Shown here piece after piece: positions 34,471 through 46,975 of a DNA stretch of 50,550 nucleotides. This DNA is from Octopus bimaculoides (lineage: Eukaryota). The position numbers and the translations under genes are program-made. Position 1 is the stretch's first letter. Each line of letters starts with the position of its first letter. The notes under the pieces were generated by a model. It was given only the letters and a program-made list of their open reading frames with translations. It did no database searches and was not told where the DNA came from. The DNA lies in contig NC_068993.1 in assembly GCF_001194135.2 (NCBI RefSeq), positions 40,517,011 through 40,567,560 on the forward strand, given 5' to 3'.

Positions 34471-34871
34471 TAGTAATAATAATAATAATAATAATAANNN
34501 NNNNNNNNNNNNNNNNNNNNNNNNNNNNNNNNNNNNNNNNNNNNNNNNNNNNNNNNNNNNNNNNNNNNNNNNNNNNNNNNNNNNNNNNNNNNNNNNNNNN
34601 NNNNNNNNNNNNNNNNNNNNNNNNNNNNNNNNNNNNNNNNNNNNNNNNNNNNNNNNNNNNNNNNNNNNNNNNNNNNNNNNNNNNNNNNNNNNNNNNNNNN
34701 NNNNNNNNNNNNNNNNNNNNNNNNNNNNNNNNNNNNNNNNNNNNNNNNNNNNNNNNNNNNNNNNNNNNNNNNNNNNNNNNNNNNNNNNNNNNNNNNNNNN
34801 NNNNNNNNNNNNNNNNNNNNNNNNNNNNNNNGTGAAGTGAATACTTAACCGCAAGGACATTCATATATGTA

Positions 34872-35334
34872 CAGGGTGCAGTGAATATATTGTCATCTAA
34901 ATTACACAAGAATGAAAATAACACTGACATCTCATTTTAACAGATATATTTACCAAAATTACATAAAAATATCTTGAAATATTAAAGAGTAAATTTATTC
35001 AGTAAAATCACCATTGGCTTCAACCACAGCCTCCAGACGTCTTTGAAATCTCATGCAACTCTTCTGGATGGTTTCCTTGCTTAAGTTGATGAATGCTGAC
35101 ATAATCCTTGCCTTCAGTTCATCTTTGGTGTTACAAGGAGTTTTGTTGGTCTCTCGCTCAACTGAGCCCCACACATGATAATCAAGCGTGTTGCAGTCTG
35201 GGGAGTTAGGTGTCCAGATGTTAGGGGGTGACGTGGTCACAGAAATTGTCTGACAGCCATGACTGGGTTCCCCTGCTTGTGTGGCATGGTGCAAAGTCCT
35301 GATGCTAGGCATAGTCTTCCAGCAGCCACCCTCT

Positions 35335-35335
<1 letters not shown>
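34872..35335 (-). mobile_element. Tc1/mariner-superfamily D,D37D (maT-type) transposon, 3' fragment
   Basis: HQDFAPCHTSRGTQSWLSDNFCDHVTP/fs/NIWTPNSPDCNTLDYHVWGSVERE...RRLEAVVEANGDFTE* (stop 34995-34997); 37 residues between D2 and D3 after fixing a +1 C-run frameshift; TA (34870-71) + CAGGGTG terminal repeat. Confidence 0.85.
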
Positions 35336-35371
<36 letters not shown>

Positions 35372-35534
35372 ATATATATCTATCTATATATATGTGTGTG
35401 TGTGTGTGTGTGTATGTATATATGTTATATATCATCTAAGTGATTGGTATTCTGCTTCACCTTTTGTTACCTTAAATATTGTATAGTATAATGTGTTTGT
35501 TTCCATATATTTATTATGTCTTCATAAGGATATC

Positions 35535-35741
35535 AAGCTGACAGATAGATCATTGCCATGCCAGACAAAATGCTTAGCTGCATTTCTTCCAACTTCACAT
35601 TCTGAGTTCAAACGTTGTTGGGGTTGACTTTGTCTCTCATGCTTTTGGGAATTATAAAATACGTACCTGGTGAGCATTGGGGTTGGTGTATTCAACTTGC
35701 CCCTTCTCCAAAATGTTGGCCTTGTACAAAAACTTGAAACC
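35535..35741 (+). mobile_element. SINE family C (diverged)
   Basis: aaatgcttagc..cattctgagttcaaac..gtacc..ggccttgtacaaaaacttgaaacc. Confidence 0.7.
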
Positions 35742-36152
35742 AGTATATCAACACCATACTGCTTACTGAGCCAAAATACAGGTGTACCAAATATATTGCA
35801 TACATATCTTTATTGTTACCATATACAATGAGATGTATTATCATCATCATCGTCACCATCATCATTGTTATCTTGTTCATGATCATCATCATCATATCAT
35901 CCTCATCATTATGTTCCCTTCCCTTCCAAACTGCTCACCTTCTATCCTGCTATGGACATGCATCCCTTTTAGGGCAATATTGAGATCTAGGTCACTTACA
36001 CATCATAGAAACTGGGCAACTGGTTCAAAAAAAAAAATTAAAAATTAAAAAAACAAAGTGGATGGAGGGAGGTTTTATAGGGGTATATTTTGTGTCTCTG
36101 CCACCATTGCTGTCATTGTTTTAATGATTCCTACATTATGTTTGAGTGTTCT

Positions 36153-36376
36153 TTAAACCTTAAGCATCCAGATTACTCCATCAAATATATTACTTATTTA
36201 TTCATGTTGAATTAATCAGGCATTCTCTAGTAACTTTGAGATTTCAATGATGGGATTGTTTATGATTTCAATGACATTGTCAGTTAGGTGTGAGAAACTA
36301 GATTCAGTCAGTTTTAACATAAAACTGGTAGAACATTTTGGGCTGAACATGGCCAGTTTAAACGCTAAAGCGCTAA
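36153..36376 (+). mobile_element. TTAA-bounded MITE (piggyBac-like, degenerate)
   Basis: ttaa-accttaagcatccagattactc...ggccagtttaaacgctaaagcg-ctaa; homolog of 6034-6280. Confidence 0.6.
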
Positions 36377-37027
36377 CATTATGTCATAAATCATTTCAAT
36401 CTTTTGTCACCTCGTCATGAGATCAGTCTTTAACTTTTGAAAGAAGGTGTAGCACCTTCTTTATGTGCAGTGTAAATGCCTAAAAAGAAGAAAAATCAAT
36501 ATTCTAAATTTGGTTATAATTAGTGTGGAATTGTAATTAGTAATACAATTATTGTTTTAAAAAAAAAATGTTAGCAGCTTAAAATTAGGAAATTAAAATT
36601 AGAAACTTAGGAAATATGATAAGAAGTTGATAACTCTAAGAAGTGAAATAAAATTAAGTAAAATAAAATGAAAATTAATGTTCTTCATCACATAGATTGG
36701 GCTTGAACAAATGGTTAGTGATTGAAACACTACATGTTTATCTGATTAGTGTTCTATTATCACAACTGGATGATTAAAATGTTGTCAACATGTCACCATG
36801 ATAATCCATAACTTAACCATGATAATACGACCATCTGTTTCTATTAGGCTTTCTCCGTCATCAATTTTGCATCTCAGTCTCTCTGTCTGTCTATCTCTCT
36901 CTAGTGTTGGTTGTTGTTACTTTTAATTTTCTTTGCTGGCACCAAAACACCTCTCTCAGTACTGTTTCCTATCCTAGCTGAGGGATCTTTGTCTTCCAAA
37001 TTATTTGGTGACTGTTGATGCTAATGC

Positions 37028-37203
37028 TATGTATAAAGCACCCAGTATATTCTGTAAAGTGGTTGGTGTTAGGAAGGGTATCCAGCCATAGAAACCATGC
37101 CAAATCGTAGTTTTCTGGCTTGTCAGCACCTATCAAACTGTCCAACCTATGCCAGCATGGAAGATAGACGTTAATTGATGATGATATGATGATGATGATG
37201 ATC
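37028..37203 (+). mobile_element. RTE-like 3' end (family A)
   Basis: aaagtggttggtgttaggaagggtatccagcc..aacctatgccagcatggaagatagacgttaattgatgatg. Confidence 0.8.
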
Positions 37204-37477
37204 TAATTACTGTATTAGTCCAATCCCTTCAAAGCTTATATTTGTAGAGGTGTTACACACTCTTTGGTCAGTGTCTGCCTGTTTACAAGGCAGCATTTTG
37301 TGAATGTATGTGAGGAGAAAAATATAGAGGCCACACCGGTTTCAGTAAGCTATCAGACCTGTTCTGGATGTGGCTGCTTTGAGTAGTACCCTGTTTACTC
37401 CTCACCTTGTTGTCCATGGTTTTTGGACAACAAAATCCTTGATATTGATTAGAAAAGACAGACTTTGTGTTAAATAA

Positions 37478-37620
37478 CTCAGTGTTAGGAAGGGCATTCA
37501 GCCAGAAAAGCCTTGTCAATTCAGACACCGGAGCACGATACAGTTCTTAGACACATTGGATCTTGTCAACCCATCCAACTCATGCCAGCATGGAACATGG
37601 ATGTTAAATGATGATGATAA
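37478..37620 (+). mobile_element. RTE-like 3' end (family A)
   Basis: gtgttaggaagggcattcagcc..catgccagcatggaacatggatgttaaatgatgatg. Confidence 0.75.
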
Positions 37621-37829
37621 AACAGAAGAAAGTCTAAACTGTTCCTAATATCATCAACCATTACAAGACCCTAATTGTTAAGAATAATTAACCTATATGC
37701 TTCCATGGTGTTGTTTGGTTAGACAATGGCTTCCCTCTAATTGTTGCATTCTGCGAAGTATTTCTTCATAGATAACATGTACAGAAAGAAAAGAAAATTG
37801 TTTCTAATTTAGGAATACAACTAGCAGTT

Positions 37830-38228
37830 TTGGAAGAGGCTGTTGGTCAGTGCTGCCAGCACTGGACTGGTTCTTTATTGATCCCTGAGTGAGTGGAGAT
37901 AGTCCCTAACATCTCCTCCTGTACTGGGCTGAGACTTTATTTCATTGACCTCAGAAGAGGGAAAGGCAAAATTGACCTCAGTGGGATTTGAACTCAGAAT
38001 GTAAAGACCTTCAAAAAATACTATAGGTTGTTATTTTCTGATGCCACCCACCTATGACATTTATTTTATTGTCTGCCACTATGTTCTGAGTTCAAATTCC
38101 ACCAAAGTTGCCTTTGCCTTTCATCCATTCAGGGTCAATAAATTAAGTACCAGTGAATCACTGGGGTCGATGTGATTGACTAGCCCCCTCTTCTCAAATT
38201 TCAGGCCTTGTGCCTATAGTAGAAAGGA
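37830..38228. mobile_element. two SINE family C copies: degenerate minus ~37830-38050 and plus 38072-38228
   Basis: family C consensus in both orientations. Confidence 0.7.
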
Positions 38229-39062
38229 TTATTATTATTTTGCATCCTTTATGGTTCTCTTGTGTATTTTTTCCCATCAAGCACAATGTTTATGAGAACG
38301 ATCTATTTTCTGAACCCTGGTCCAGAGTAGAGGGTAAGTGACATAGATACTCTTCCTCCTTCACCAATCTTTACCATACCATAAGTCTTGGAGGTATTTT
38401 CCTGGAGACTTGGACATGTGTTAGACGAAGCATTATATCTACGTATATGTACATATATGCATACACTCGCACACAATGCTTATGGAGAGTAACTTAGTGG
38501 ATTTCATTTCTTGTCTTCTCTTGTTTTGATTGTCACACTGAGCATTCTGTTCTACAAAGGAAAACAGGAAAAAAAAAAATGCAAAAAAAAGTAACTGAAA
38601 GGACAAAGAAGGCAGGGAAAAAACTGGCAGGTGGGATGGGCAGATAATAAAAATTCTTTTAGGGAAAAAATAGAAAATATTTGGGATTGTGTATACAAGC
38701 AATCTTTACTATGGTAGTTTCAGTTGTTCCAGTAATATGAGACTTGTATTGTTTAAAGAATGTTCCAGAATATTGTGTTAGAGACTGTTTAGATACAGTA
38801 GCCCCTTCTTCCTCTCTGTCTTTTTTTTTCTGTTTTTATTTTATATTTAATGTTATTTTTGTTTTTGGTGCTGGTAGAGTATAAAGTAACTCTCCTCAGC
38901 TGAAACATGAATGTAGAATTCATGTATGTGTTCATATTTATGTGGCTGTATGTGTGTGTGTGTGTATCTGATATATTTATAGAATTGTTCCCATGTGTAC
39001 ATGTAATTAAATAGCTATGGTGTGTGTGTGTATATATACACACACACACACACACACACGCA

Positions 39063-39117
<55 letters not shown>

Positions 39118-39189
39118 TGTGTCTTGGGAGGGTCATTACACCAACAATGATAACAGACACTGGTTCAGTATCACTTCTTTATTGTTAGT

Positions 39190-39540
39190 GAAGGCACATG
39201 GCTCAGTGGTTAGAGTTTTGAGCTCACAATCATGAGGTAATGAGTTAGATTCCTGGAACTAGCCGTATGTTGTGTTCTTGAGCAAGACACTTTATTTCAC
39301 GTTGCTCCAGTTCACTCAGCTGTGAAAATGTGTTGCGATGTCACTGGTGTCAAGCTGTATCAGCCTTTGCATTTCCCTTGGATAACATTGGTGGCATGGA
39401 GAGGAGAGGTTGTTATGCATGAGTGACAGCTAGTCTTCTGGTCTTCCATGAGTAGCCTTGCCTGGACTTGTGCTTTGGCGGGGATTTTTCTAGGTGCAAT
39501 CCCATGGTCATTCATGACCGAAATGGATCTTTACCCTTTA
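39190..39540 (+). mobile_element. SINE family E, tail type 1 (full length)
   Basis: A box tggctcagtggttag, B-like gagttagattcc, core tgtgttcttgagcaagacactttatttcacgttgctccagttcactcagctg. Confidence 0.9.
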
Positions 39541-39570
39541 TCCTATTGTTAGTCAATTGGTTAAATATCC

Positions 39571-39712
39571 TTTCTACTATAAGTACAAGGCCTGAAATGT
39601 TTGTTTTCTTTTGGTTGGGGAAGGAAGGCTACTTGATTACATTAACCCAGTACTCAACTGGTACTTTATTCTATTGACCTTGAAAGAACGAAAGGCAAAG
39701 TTGACCTCAGTA
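39571..39712 (-). mobile_element. SINE family C, 3' part
   Basis: cctttctactataagtacaaggcctgaaa..cccagtactcaactggtac..gaaaggcaaagttgacctc. Confidence 0.75.
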
Positions 39713-39791
39713 GCATGTTTTCAACTTGGTAGTTATTTTATGGATATCTTTTGCTGAACAGGAGAATGTAAACAAGTTATAAGGGAATGTA

Positions 39792-40650
39792 TTGGGTCAT
39801 CCCATAAATAATGTGGTTCTTCCAATTGCATGAAGTAAAAGTTGGAGGTGGACAAGATAAACTACCTGCATCAACTTACTATAAAAGCAGGTAGTAATTT
39901 TACCTTGTCCTTATTCTTAGTGCAAGTTTTGAAGAGTGCAATTCGATTTTAAGAGTTATTTTTTCAAAGCTATAATGGAAGTGACAAAGGAGAATATTTG
40001 TCATATTTTGCATTATGACTTTGATAAAGACAACAACGCAATGGAAAGTGTGGGGAATATTAATGCAGTATATGGGGATCGAACAATAAGCATAAGTCAG
40101 TGTCAATGGTGGTTCCAAAAATTTCGAGCTGGAATCTACAGCTTAGAAGATGAGCCTCGTTCTGGAAGATCTGTAGAGCTCGATGAGGACATCCTGTAAA
40201 CCCTGTTGGAACAAAATCCCATCGTAACTGTTCTAGAACTAACAGAGAAACTTGGATTTGGTCATTCAACCAGTCGTTCAAGTAAGCACTAGAAGAAAAA
40301 CCGCTATCTTTGGTTTCAAGATGAAAGGTGTTCTTCCATCAGAATGATACTCGGCCACATACAGCGAGGATGCCATTCCAAAACTGTAGCAGTTTGAATG
40401 AGAAATGATGCCCCACCCACCATATTCACCGGACATTGCCCCATCTGATTATCATTTATCCTGTAGTCTTCAAAATCATTTGGACAGACAAAATATGAAT
40501 TCTGTAGTCGAGATCAGAACAGTACTGGAGGAGTATTTTTCATCATGGACAAATGAATTTTGGAAGAGAGACCTTGCAAGTCTACAAGATAGATGGAAGA
40601 GAATTTTAGAAAATGGAGAGAATATTTTAGATTAAAAAAGAACCTTGTTT
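39792..40650 (+). mobile_element. internally deleted D,D34D mariner (dead transposase)
   Basis: TA + TIR ttgggtcatcccataaataatg; ATG 39975 HTH ...QCQWWFQKFRAGIYSLEDEPRSGRS; deletion near 40273; FHQNDTRPHT and HPPYSPDIAPSDYHL with 34-residue spacing; several stops and a frameshift; right TIR not seen, possibly in the gap at 40669-40775. Confidence 0.9.
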
Positions 40651-40775
40651 GTAATAATTTTGAAAAATNNNNNNNNNNNNNNNNNNNNNNNNNNNNNNNN
40701 NNNNNNNNNNNNNNNNNNNNNNNNNNNNNNNNNNNNNNNNNNNNNNNNNNNNNNNNNNNNNNNNNNNNNNNNNNN

Positions 40776-40843
<68 letters not shown>

Positions 40844-41517
40844 TTTATTTAGTTATTTTTCAAATGTTCTTAATTGAAAGTTTCTTTCTGTATCCACTTA
40901 GTCTTCCTCTCCAAACACACATGCACACACACATTCACAGTTCTACTTTCACTTTCAAAATCATTATTAACTGATTTCCTCATTTGCATTATTAGAGCTA
41001 TCTCTACTCTACTTCTTCCTGCATCTGTATACACCCATCTGTATAGACCCATTATCTTGTGCCTTGTTTCGGTATGAAGTTTCTTCCTCTTTACCTTCCT
41101 CCTAATATTATGAACCATGTAACAGGATTATTGGCAAGTAGATCTCTGTATCTTGGCCCTTGATCGTCAACAAACCCTTCTTTTCTAGCGATCAAAATTG
41201 GATTAGGTAGGGGTGGGTTTACTTCTTTCCTTTTTAATTTTTTTTCCAGTTTTTTTTTTTTTTGTCTTTTGGCAATTCTTTGTTGAAAATTATGTTAACT
41301 CAAAAATCGAATAAAGAAAATGGAATTAAACAAACAGGAAATACACACACATAAGTGCATGCACCTATATACACATGCATACGAACAGGTGCCTTCATCA
41401 TGTAATTCATTTTGTGTTCATGTCATATGGTAATGAACGTTTTTATATACACACACATGCACATATACATAGGTATATATGCATATATATGTATACATGC
41501 ATGTGTGTGTGTATTCT

Positions 41518-41562
<45 letters not shown>

Positions 41563-42419
41563 AAACCTTTTTATAGACACATGCACATCATATAATATAA
41601 TCCCAAAAATGTGGAAATGACAAAGTCAACAGAAATTGAACAGAAGTTTATACATTATATTTGCACAGTACTCCACACACACACACACACACACACACAT
41701 GCACACACAGAGGCATATTTACACATGGGCATGTGCATAATAAACATACATTCTACAGAAGAATCAAGCTCTTCTCACATGCTGGGTTTAAGAAAAGGGA
41801 AAAACCAAATGCAAAAAAAAAAAAAAAAAAAAGAGATGCAAGATTGTTGCTCTTTAATGCAAAACTCTCCAATTCTTTCTCTCTTCTGAAAACTTCTGTC
41901 TTTCTCTCTTTCTCTCATAGTATTAACTTCTCGTTACTGATCTCATTGAATCTAACTTGCAAGATTTAATTGTAATGTCTAATTTGGATGGTATCTTTGC
42001 TGCTTTTGCTCTGTGTCCTCTTCATTTGCTCATGCGTGTTATGTGTATGTATGTATGTGTTCTTTCTTGCGTTTTTTTTATGCCTTTTTTTTTGTGTTTT
42101 TTTCCATCAGTTTTTGTTTTCGTTAAAATGATTAAAAAAAAAAGTCTGAACTGTGAAGAAGCAATCGCAAAGCTTTTTTAAATCTTGCTTACGGCTCGGC
42201 TCGCTAGCGAGTCTTCTCGTTGGTGTTTTCCGGTTTTGTCAGTTTGTATTCCAGAAGTTCAGCAAGCTATTAAAGCTTATTAGAACAGAACAAAGATAAG
42301 AAAAAACTAATCTTGAAGGGTTTTATAGTTTTTAATTTGACAATACCATTAAAGTTGATAATTCTTGGCTTCATAGCCAGCAGTTTGTCTTTTTTGTGTT
42401 GTGTTGTGTGTGCATAATG

Positions 42420-42440
42420 AATGCATGTGTTTATCTACAT

Positions 42441-42481
<41 letters not shown>

Positions 42482-42820
42482 CAGATATATATATACACAC
42501 AAATATATACATAAATATACATGCACACACACACACACATACACACGTATATGTATGTACATGTATATCTATATATATGTACACACATACACACAATTTT
42601 TTATTCACATTGTCAAGCATTTAGCTTTCAGATCCATGGAATGGCATTTCGTAGAAACATACATAATATACAACCATATATGCATACATACCATACATAC
42701 ATGCATGCATACATATATATATGCATATGTACATGCATATATAAATGCATGCGCACAAGCATATTACATATATATGCATAGATGTCTATATACGTACATG
42801 TATGTTTGTGTGTGCATATC
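42420..42820. repeat. compound CA/TA/TACA microsatellite
   Basis: direct reading. Confidence 0.9.
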
Positions 42821-42922
42821 ATAAACACACTTTCTAATGACTACATAGGTGCATATTTACAGAGTATATACAAAATTTGCAAAGGAGCATGTTTCACATA
42901 AATATATATATATTGTAATATT

Positions 42923-43120
42923 CTTTTATTTGTTTCAATCATTTGAGTGCGACCATGCTGGAGCACTGCCCTTAGTCGAACAAATTGACCCCAGTACATA
43001 TTCTTTGTAAGCCTAGTGCTTATTCTATTTGTCTCTTTTGCCGAACTGCTAAGTTACAGGGACGTCAACACACCAACATCAGTTGTCACGTGATGGTGGG
43101 AGTACAAACACAGACACACA

Positions 43121-43176
<56 letters not shown>

Positions 43177-43305
43177 GATAAATAGATACATACATACACA
43201 CATACACATACAACGGGCTTCTTTCAGTTACCATGTACCAAATCCACTCACAAGACTTTGGTTGGCCCGAAAACATAGTAGATGGCACTTGCCTAAGGTG
43301 CCACT
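42923..43305 (-). mobile_element. SINE family B: 3' half + (CA)n hinge + 5'-truncated head
   Basis: 3' half 42923-43120, microsatellite 43121-43210, head 43211-43305. Confidence 0.85.
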
Positions 43306-43499
43306 CCTGCGCCTATCAAATGCATTTGAATCGTAATCATCTGGTCTATTTTTCTATGTATAGAATATATATTTTGTGCAATAAATTGATTTGGTTACTT
43401 TTTTTAGAAGATAGAGTGACTACATAGAGGCATGCATGTTAACTCATCGGAAATGATATGTAAATTAGAATGGGTCATTAATAAGAAAATAAGGTGTCT

Positions 43500-43680
43500 C
43501 TTGTTATTGTTTAGCCATGGGTCATCTCTGATCCTGCAAACTTCTGTCATTAAAGGCACTCCATCCAAGATATCAGTACCTTTTATTCAAGCATATTATA
43601 TCTAGGACTACATTTTTCCAATGTGTCCTTTGTTTAAAAAAATATTGTGGCATATAATTTGACAGATTAATTTCTAGCAT
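43500..43680 (-). mobile_element. degenerate copy of the ...gctaaacaacaac family
   Basis: tgtttagccatgggtcatctctgatc..aaaggcactcc..ctaggactacatt..ccaatgtgtcc; reverse homolog of 47655-47822 and 47915-48120. Confidence 0.55.
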
Positions 43681-43831
43681 GTCATTTGACCGTCTAGTGG
43701 TCCTTTTATTTGGTGTTAATTTAATCCCAAGTAAACCTTAACTCAGATGTAGATCTATAATGAAGAGTATTCTAGCTGGGACCTTCCCATATTTTGGAAG
43801 ATAGTAGGAATGCAACATTTAATATGTTGTT

Positions 43832-44186
43832 TTGCCATGTAAAAAGCACCTGTTTCAGTGTCACATGATAAACATTAGTGCCAGTGCCACATAAAGAACA
43901 CCCATGCTGGTGCCATCTATAAAGCACCCATGCCATGTATAAAGCACTAGTGCTGGTGCCACTTATACAGCACCTGTGCTAGTATCCTGCACAAAGCAGC
44001 CATGCTGGTGTTGATGTATAAGACACCCTGTACACTCTGTAAAGTGGTTGGTGTTAGGAAGAGTATCCAGCCACAGAAAACATAGCAAAATAGACAATTG
44101 GTGCCTGGGCCGCTGTCCGGCTGGTCAGCTCTTATTAAACTGTCCAACCCATGCTAACATGGAAAATGGATGTTAAATGATGATAT
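43832..44186 (+). mobile_element. RTE-like 3' end (family A) with ~8-unit internal VNTR
   Basis: repeated gtgccatgtataaagcac units, then aaagtggttggtgttaggaagagtatccagcc..atggaaaatggatgttaaatgatg. Confidence 0.8.
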
Positions 44187-44599
44187 GTGATTTGATGGAG
44201 ATGTAGCTGCTATTTGTAGCACTGAGGAACTATGTAGACTTCTTTGGTGCATTTATACTCTGTTTCTCATAGCAGATTTGGTAAACTGTTTTGTAAAATA
44301 TCTAAATATTAGAGATACTGCTTTGTTCATTTGATGTCCATTTTCCCATTTGGAAAAAGGTTGGATATGGCTGTATTTAAGGCATAAATAAATGGCCAAA
44401 TGCACTTACTTCTTGTTACCAAATAAGAAACATTTTCGTTTCCAGAGGCTCTTGGAAGCACAGCGCAAGTAGTTTTAATGTCAACATCACCAACAGTTTT
44501 CTCAACCAGTTACAAGAGTGGTGGGTGGTAATAAAATATGTACCAGTTATGTACTGGGGTCTGTTTGAATGGCAGTGTCATTTGTGCATTGAACAAAAT

Positions 44600-44720
44600 T
44601 CTTGTAGAATTTGTTCTAGCTGTTGATGTTCTGAGTTCAAATCCTGTCAAGTTTAACTTAGTTTTTTTATTCTTTCTGGGTTAATAAATAAAGTACCAGT
44701 CCTGTGCTGGGATCAAATCT
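44600..44720 (+). mobile_element. SINE family C fragment
   Basis: gttctgagttcaaatcctg..aataaataaagtaccagt..tgctgggatc. Confidence 0.55.
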
Positions 44721-45019
44721 TTCTCTTTTTGTCAGATTTCCTCTCTTCAGGAAGAAATTGGTTCTTATAAAGTACCTGAAATCAATACATTTGACCAATT
44801 CTCTTTCTTGACAAATTTTATAGTTTGTACCTATCTTAGAAACAATTATTTCCCTTCTGTAATCTAACAAATGAGAAGAACTTTAAGCTCTCCAATAGAA
44901 AATAAATGGAGTGCCATGATTGGCAATAACATATTCTTGAAAAATTAATATTTGTCATTTCTGAAATCGTGTCCTTTTGTTTTAGGAAATCTTTTTGCTT
45001 TGATCTTAAAACTTAAAAA

Positions 45020-45063
<44 letters not shown>

Positions 45064-45905
45064 NNNNNNNNNNNNNNNNNNNNNNNNNNNNNNNNNNNNN
45101 NNNNNNNNNNNNNNNNNNNNNNNNNNNNNNNNNNNNNNNNNNNNNNNNNNNNNNNNNNNNNNNNNNNNNNNNNNNNNNNNNNNNNNNNNNNNNNNNNNNN
45201 NNNNNNNNNNNNNNNNNNNNNNNNNNNNNNNNNNNNNNTTTTTTTTTTTTTTTTTTTTTTGTCGTTTTGTTTGTGCTTCTAAGTTTTAGTCTGAGATCGT
45301 AAATCAGCAACAAAACGCCATACAAAAATCATGCTAGTTATAATTGATCAGAAATCTATTGAGTTTCTTTTATAAACTTTTCAAATCGAAAAATAAATGA
45401 AAAATTTTGTTGATGAAATATTAGCTATACATTTCATTCTGATTTTCCAAGTTTTGTATTGTAACTTGGCAATTGCATTTTGTCTCTTTTCTTGCCTAAT
45501 AAAAATGAAAGAAGTCCGTATTATTGTTAATTTTCGAGCAATCTTTGAAATATTAACTGAAATATTAAACCATTCTAATTGCCAATTGTTGACAAGATTT
45601 TGTTCTCGAAACTCACTTTTAAATGTTTCTTTTAAATGTTTGCTGTCTTTTTTTTGTGTGTTTTTTCTTTGTTTTTGGTTCTTGTTATGTTTCTCTATAC
45701 ATATACAATCGTTTTCGGTTATTGTCCCTAGATTTGCTCTGTTAAAAATGTGTGAGCTTTTCATGAGGCTTATTAAAGATATGTTTCAATGGAGAATTAT
45801 TTTTGGTCTTTTTGTCCTTAGCACTGACTTTCAGTTAATAATTCTCTCGAAGAACTATTTATGTATAAATGGAAGCAAAACTTTTGAAATCATTTCAGTA
45901 CACTT

Positions 45906-45939
<34 letters not shown>

Positions 45940-46084
45940 ATTTAGTCAACGATGCACACGTATACATAAGTTTTTATCTGTCTGTCTATCTATCTATCTA
46001 TCAATCTATCCAAGCATTTATACATATATGTATACACACACACACACATACACATGCACACACACATGCAAAAATAGACACACA

Positions 46085-46192
46085 TCTTTCTCTCTCTCTC
46101 TCTCTCCATGTATATATATTTATATGATATATATATATATATTTAATGATATATATATATATATACATGCATATACATATATATATATAATG

Positions 46193-46223
<31 letters not shown>

Positions 46224-46260
46224 CATGCATATACATATATATACATATATATATATAATG

Positions 46261-46300
<40 letters not shown>
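46085..46300. repeat. (CT)n plus interrupted (TA)n with reiterated ataatgata / tacatgcatatac modules
   Basis: direct reading. Confidence 0.85.
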
Positions 46301-46975
46301 CTGTGTGAAATAAAGTCAACTGAAAATAAATCAATACATAGTCGTTATTATTTCTTGATTAGTTATTTCTTACCAAGTTCACCAGTACTTAAAACATCAA
46401 TATTGGCAGTACATTACCTTATAGACTCATAGTAACTAACCTAATTTGAACCCGATGTTTACACTAGCCCTTACTGTTTTCTTTACCTTTTCGTCTTCTG
46501 TACCATCTGTTTGCGGGGATTTCTTTTTGTTGCTTTTTTTTTTTGTGTTTCATTGTTTTTGTTTATTTTTCCATGCTGCTAAGGGTTAAATGAGTTCATT
46601 AATGAAGGAACTATTTTTACTGGTGCTAATTTGGTATTTTTCAAAAGAAAAAGAAGAAAAAAATGTAATTCTGGGTTTCTTAAATTCTGCTAGATTATTT
46701 CAATTCTTGGTATATTGTCTTACAAGAAATATACTAGGAATTTTGGGGTGGGTTTGTGTGTGTATGTGTGTTTTCAGTTATTTGAAAAATTTATTGATAA
46801 TTATGTTGCTAATTTGAGAGCAATTATGATTAATACAAAACTTATATGGGTAATTTTTCAAAATGTTCATACAGGTCACTTAGAAGTTACACGTTTGTAT
46901 GTATATGTGCATGTGTGTGTATGTTTTTTTTGTGTGTGTGTGTGTATGCATATACGTATGTATGTATATATATAG

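Noticed and set aside
36440-36462. 10-bp perfect hairpin aaagaaggtg-tag-caccttcttt
   Set aside because: About one such stem is expected by chance in 50 kb of AT-rich DNA
39190-39265. tRNA-like heads here and in families B, C and E as tRNA genes
   Set aside because: A/B boxes only; no complete cloverleaf, and each continues into a SINE body
45397-45945. 182-aa + strand ORF in unique DNA
   Set aside because: T-rich strand yields stop-poor F/L/I/C-rich sequence; no motif, and it ends in a (CA)n translation
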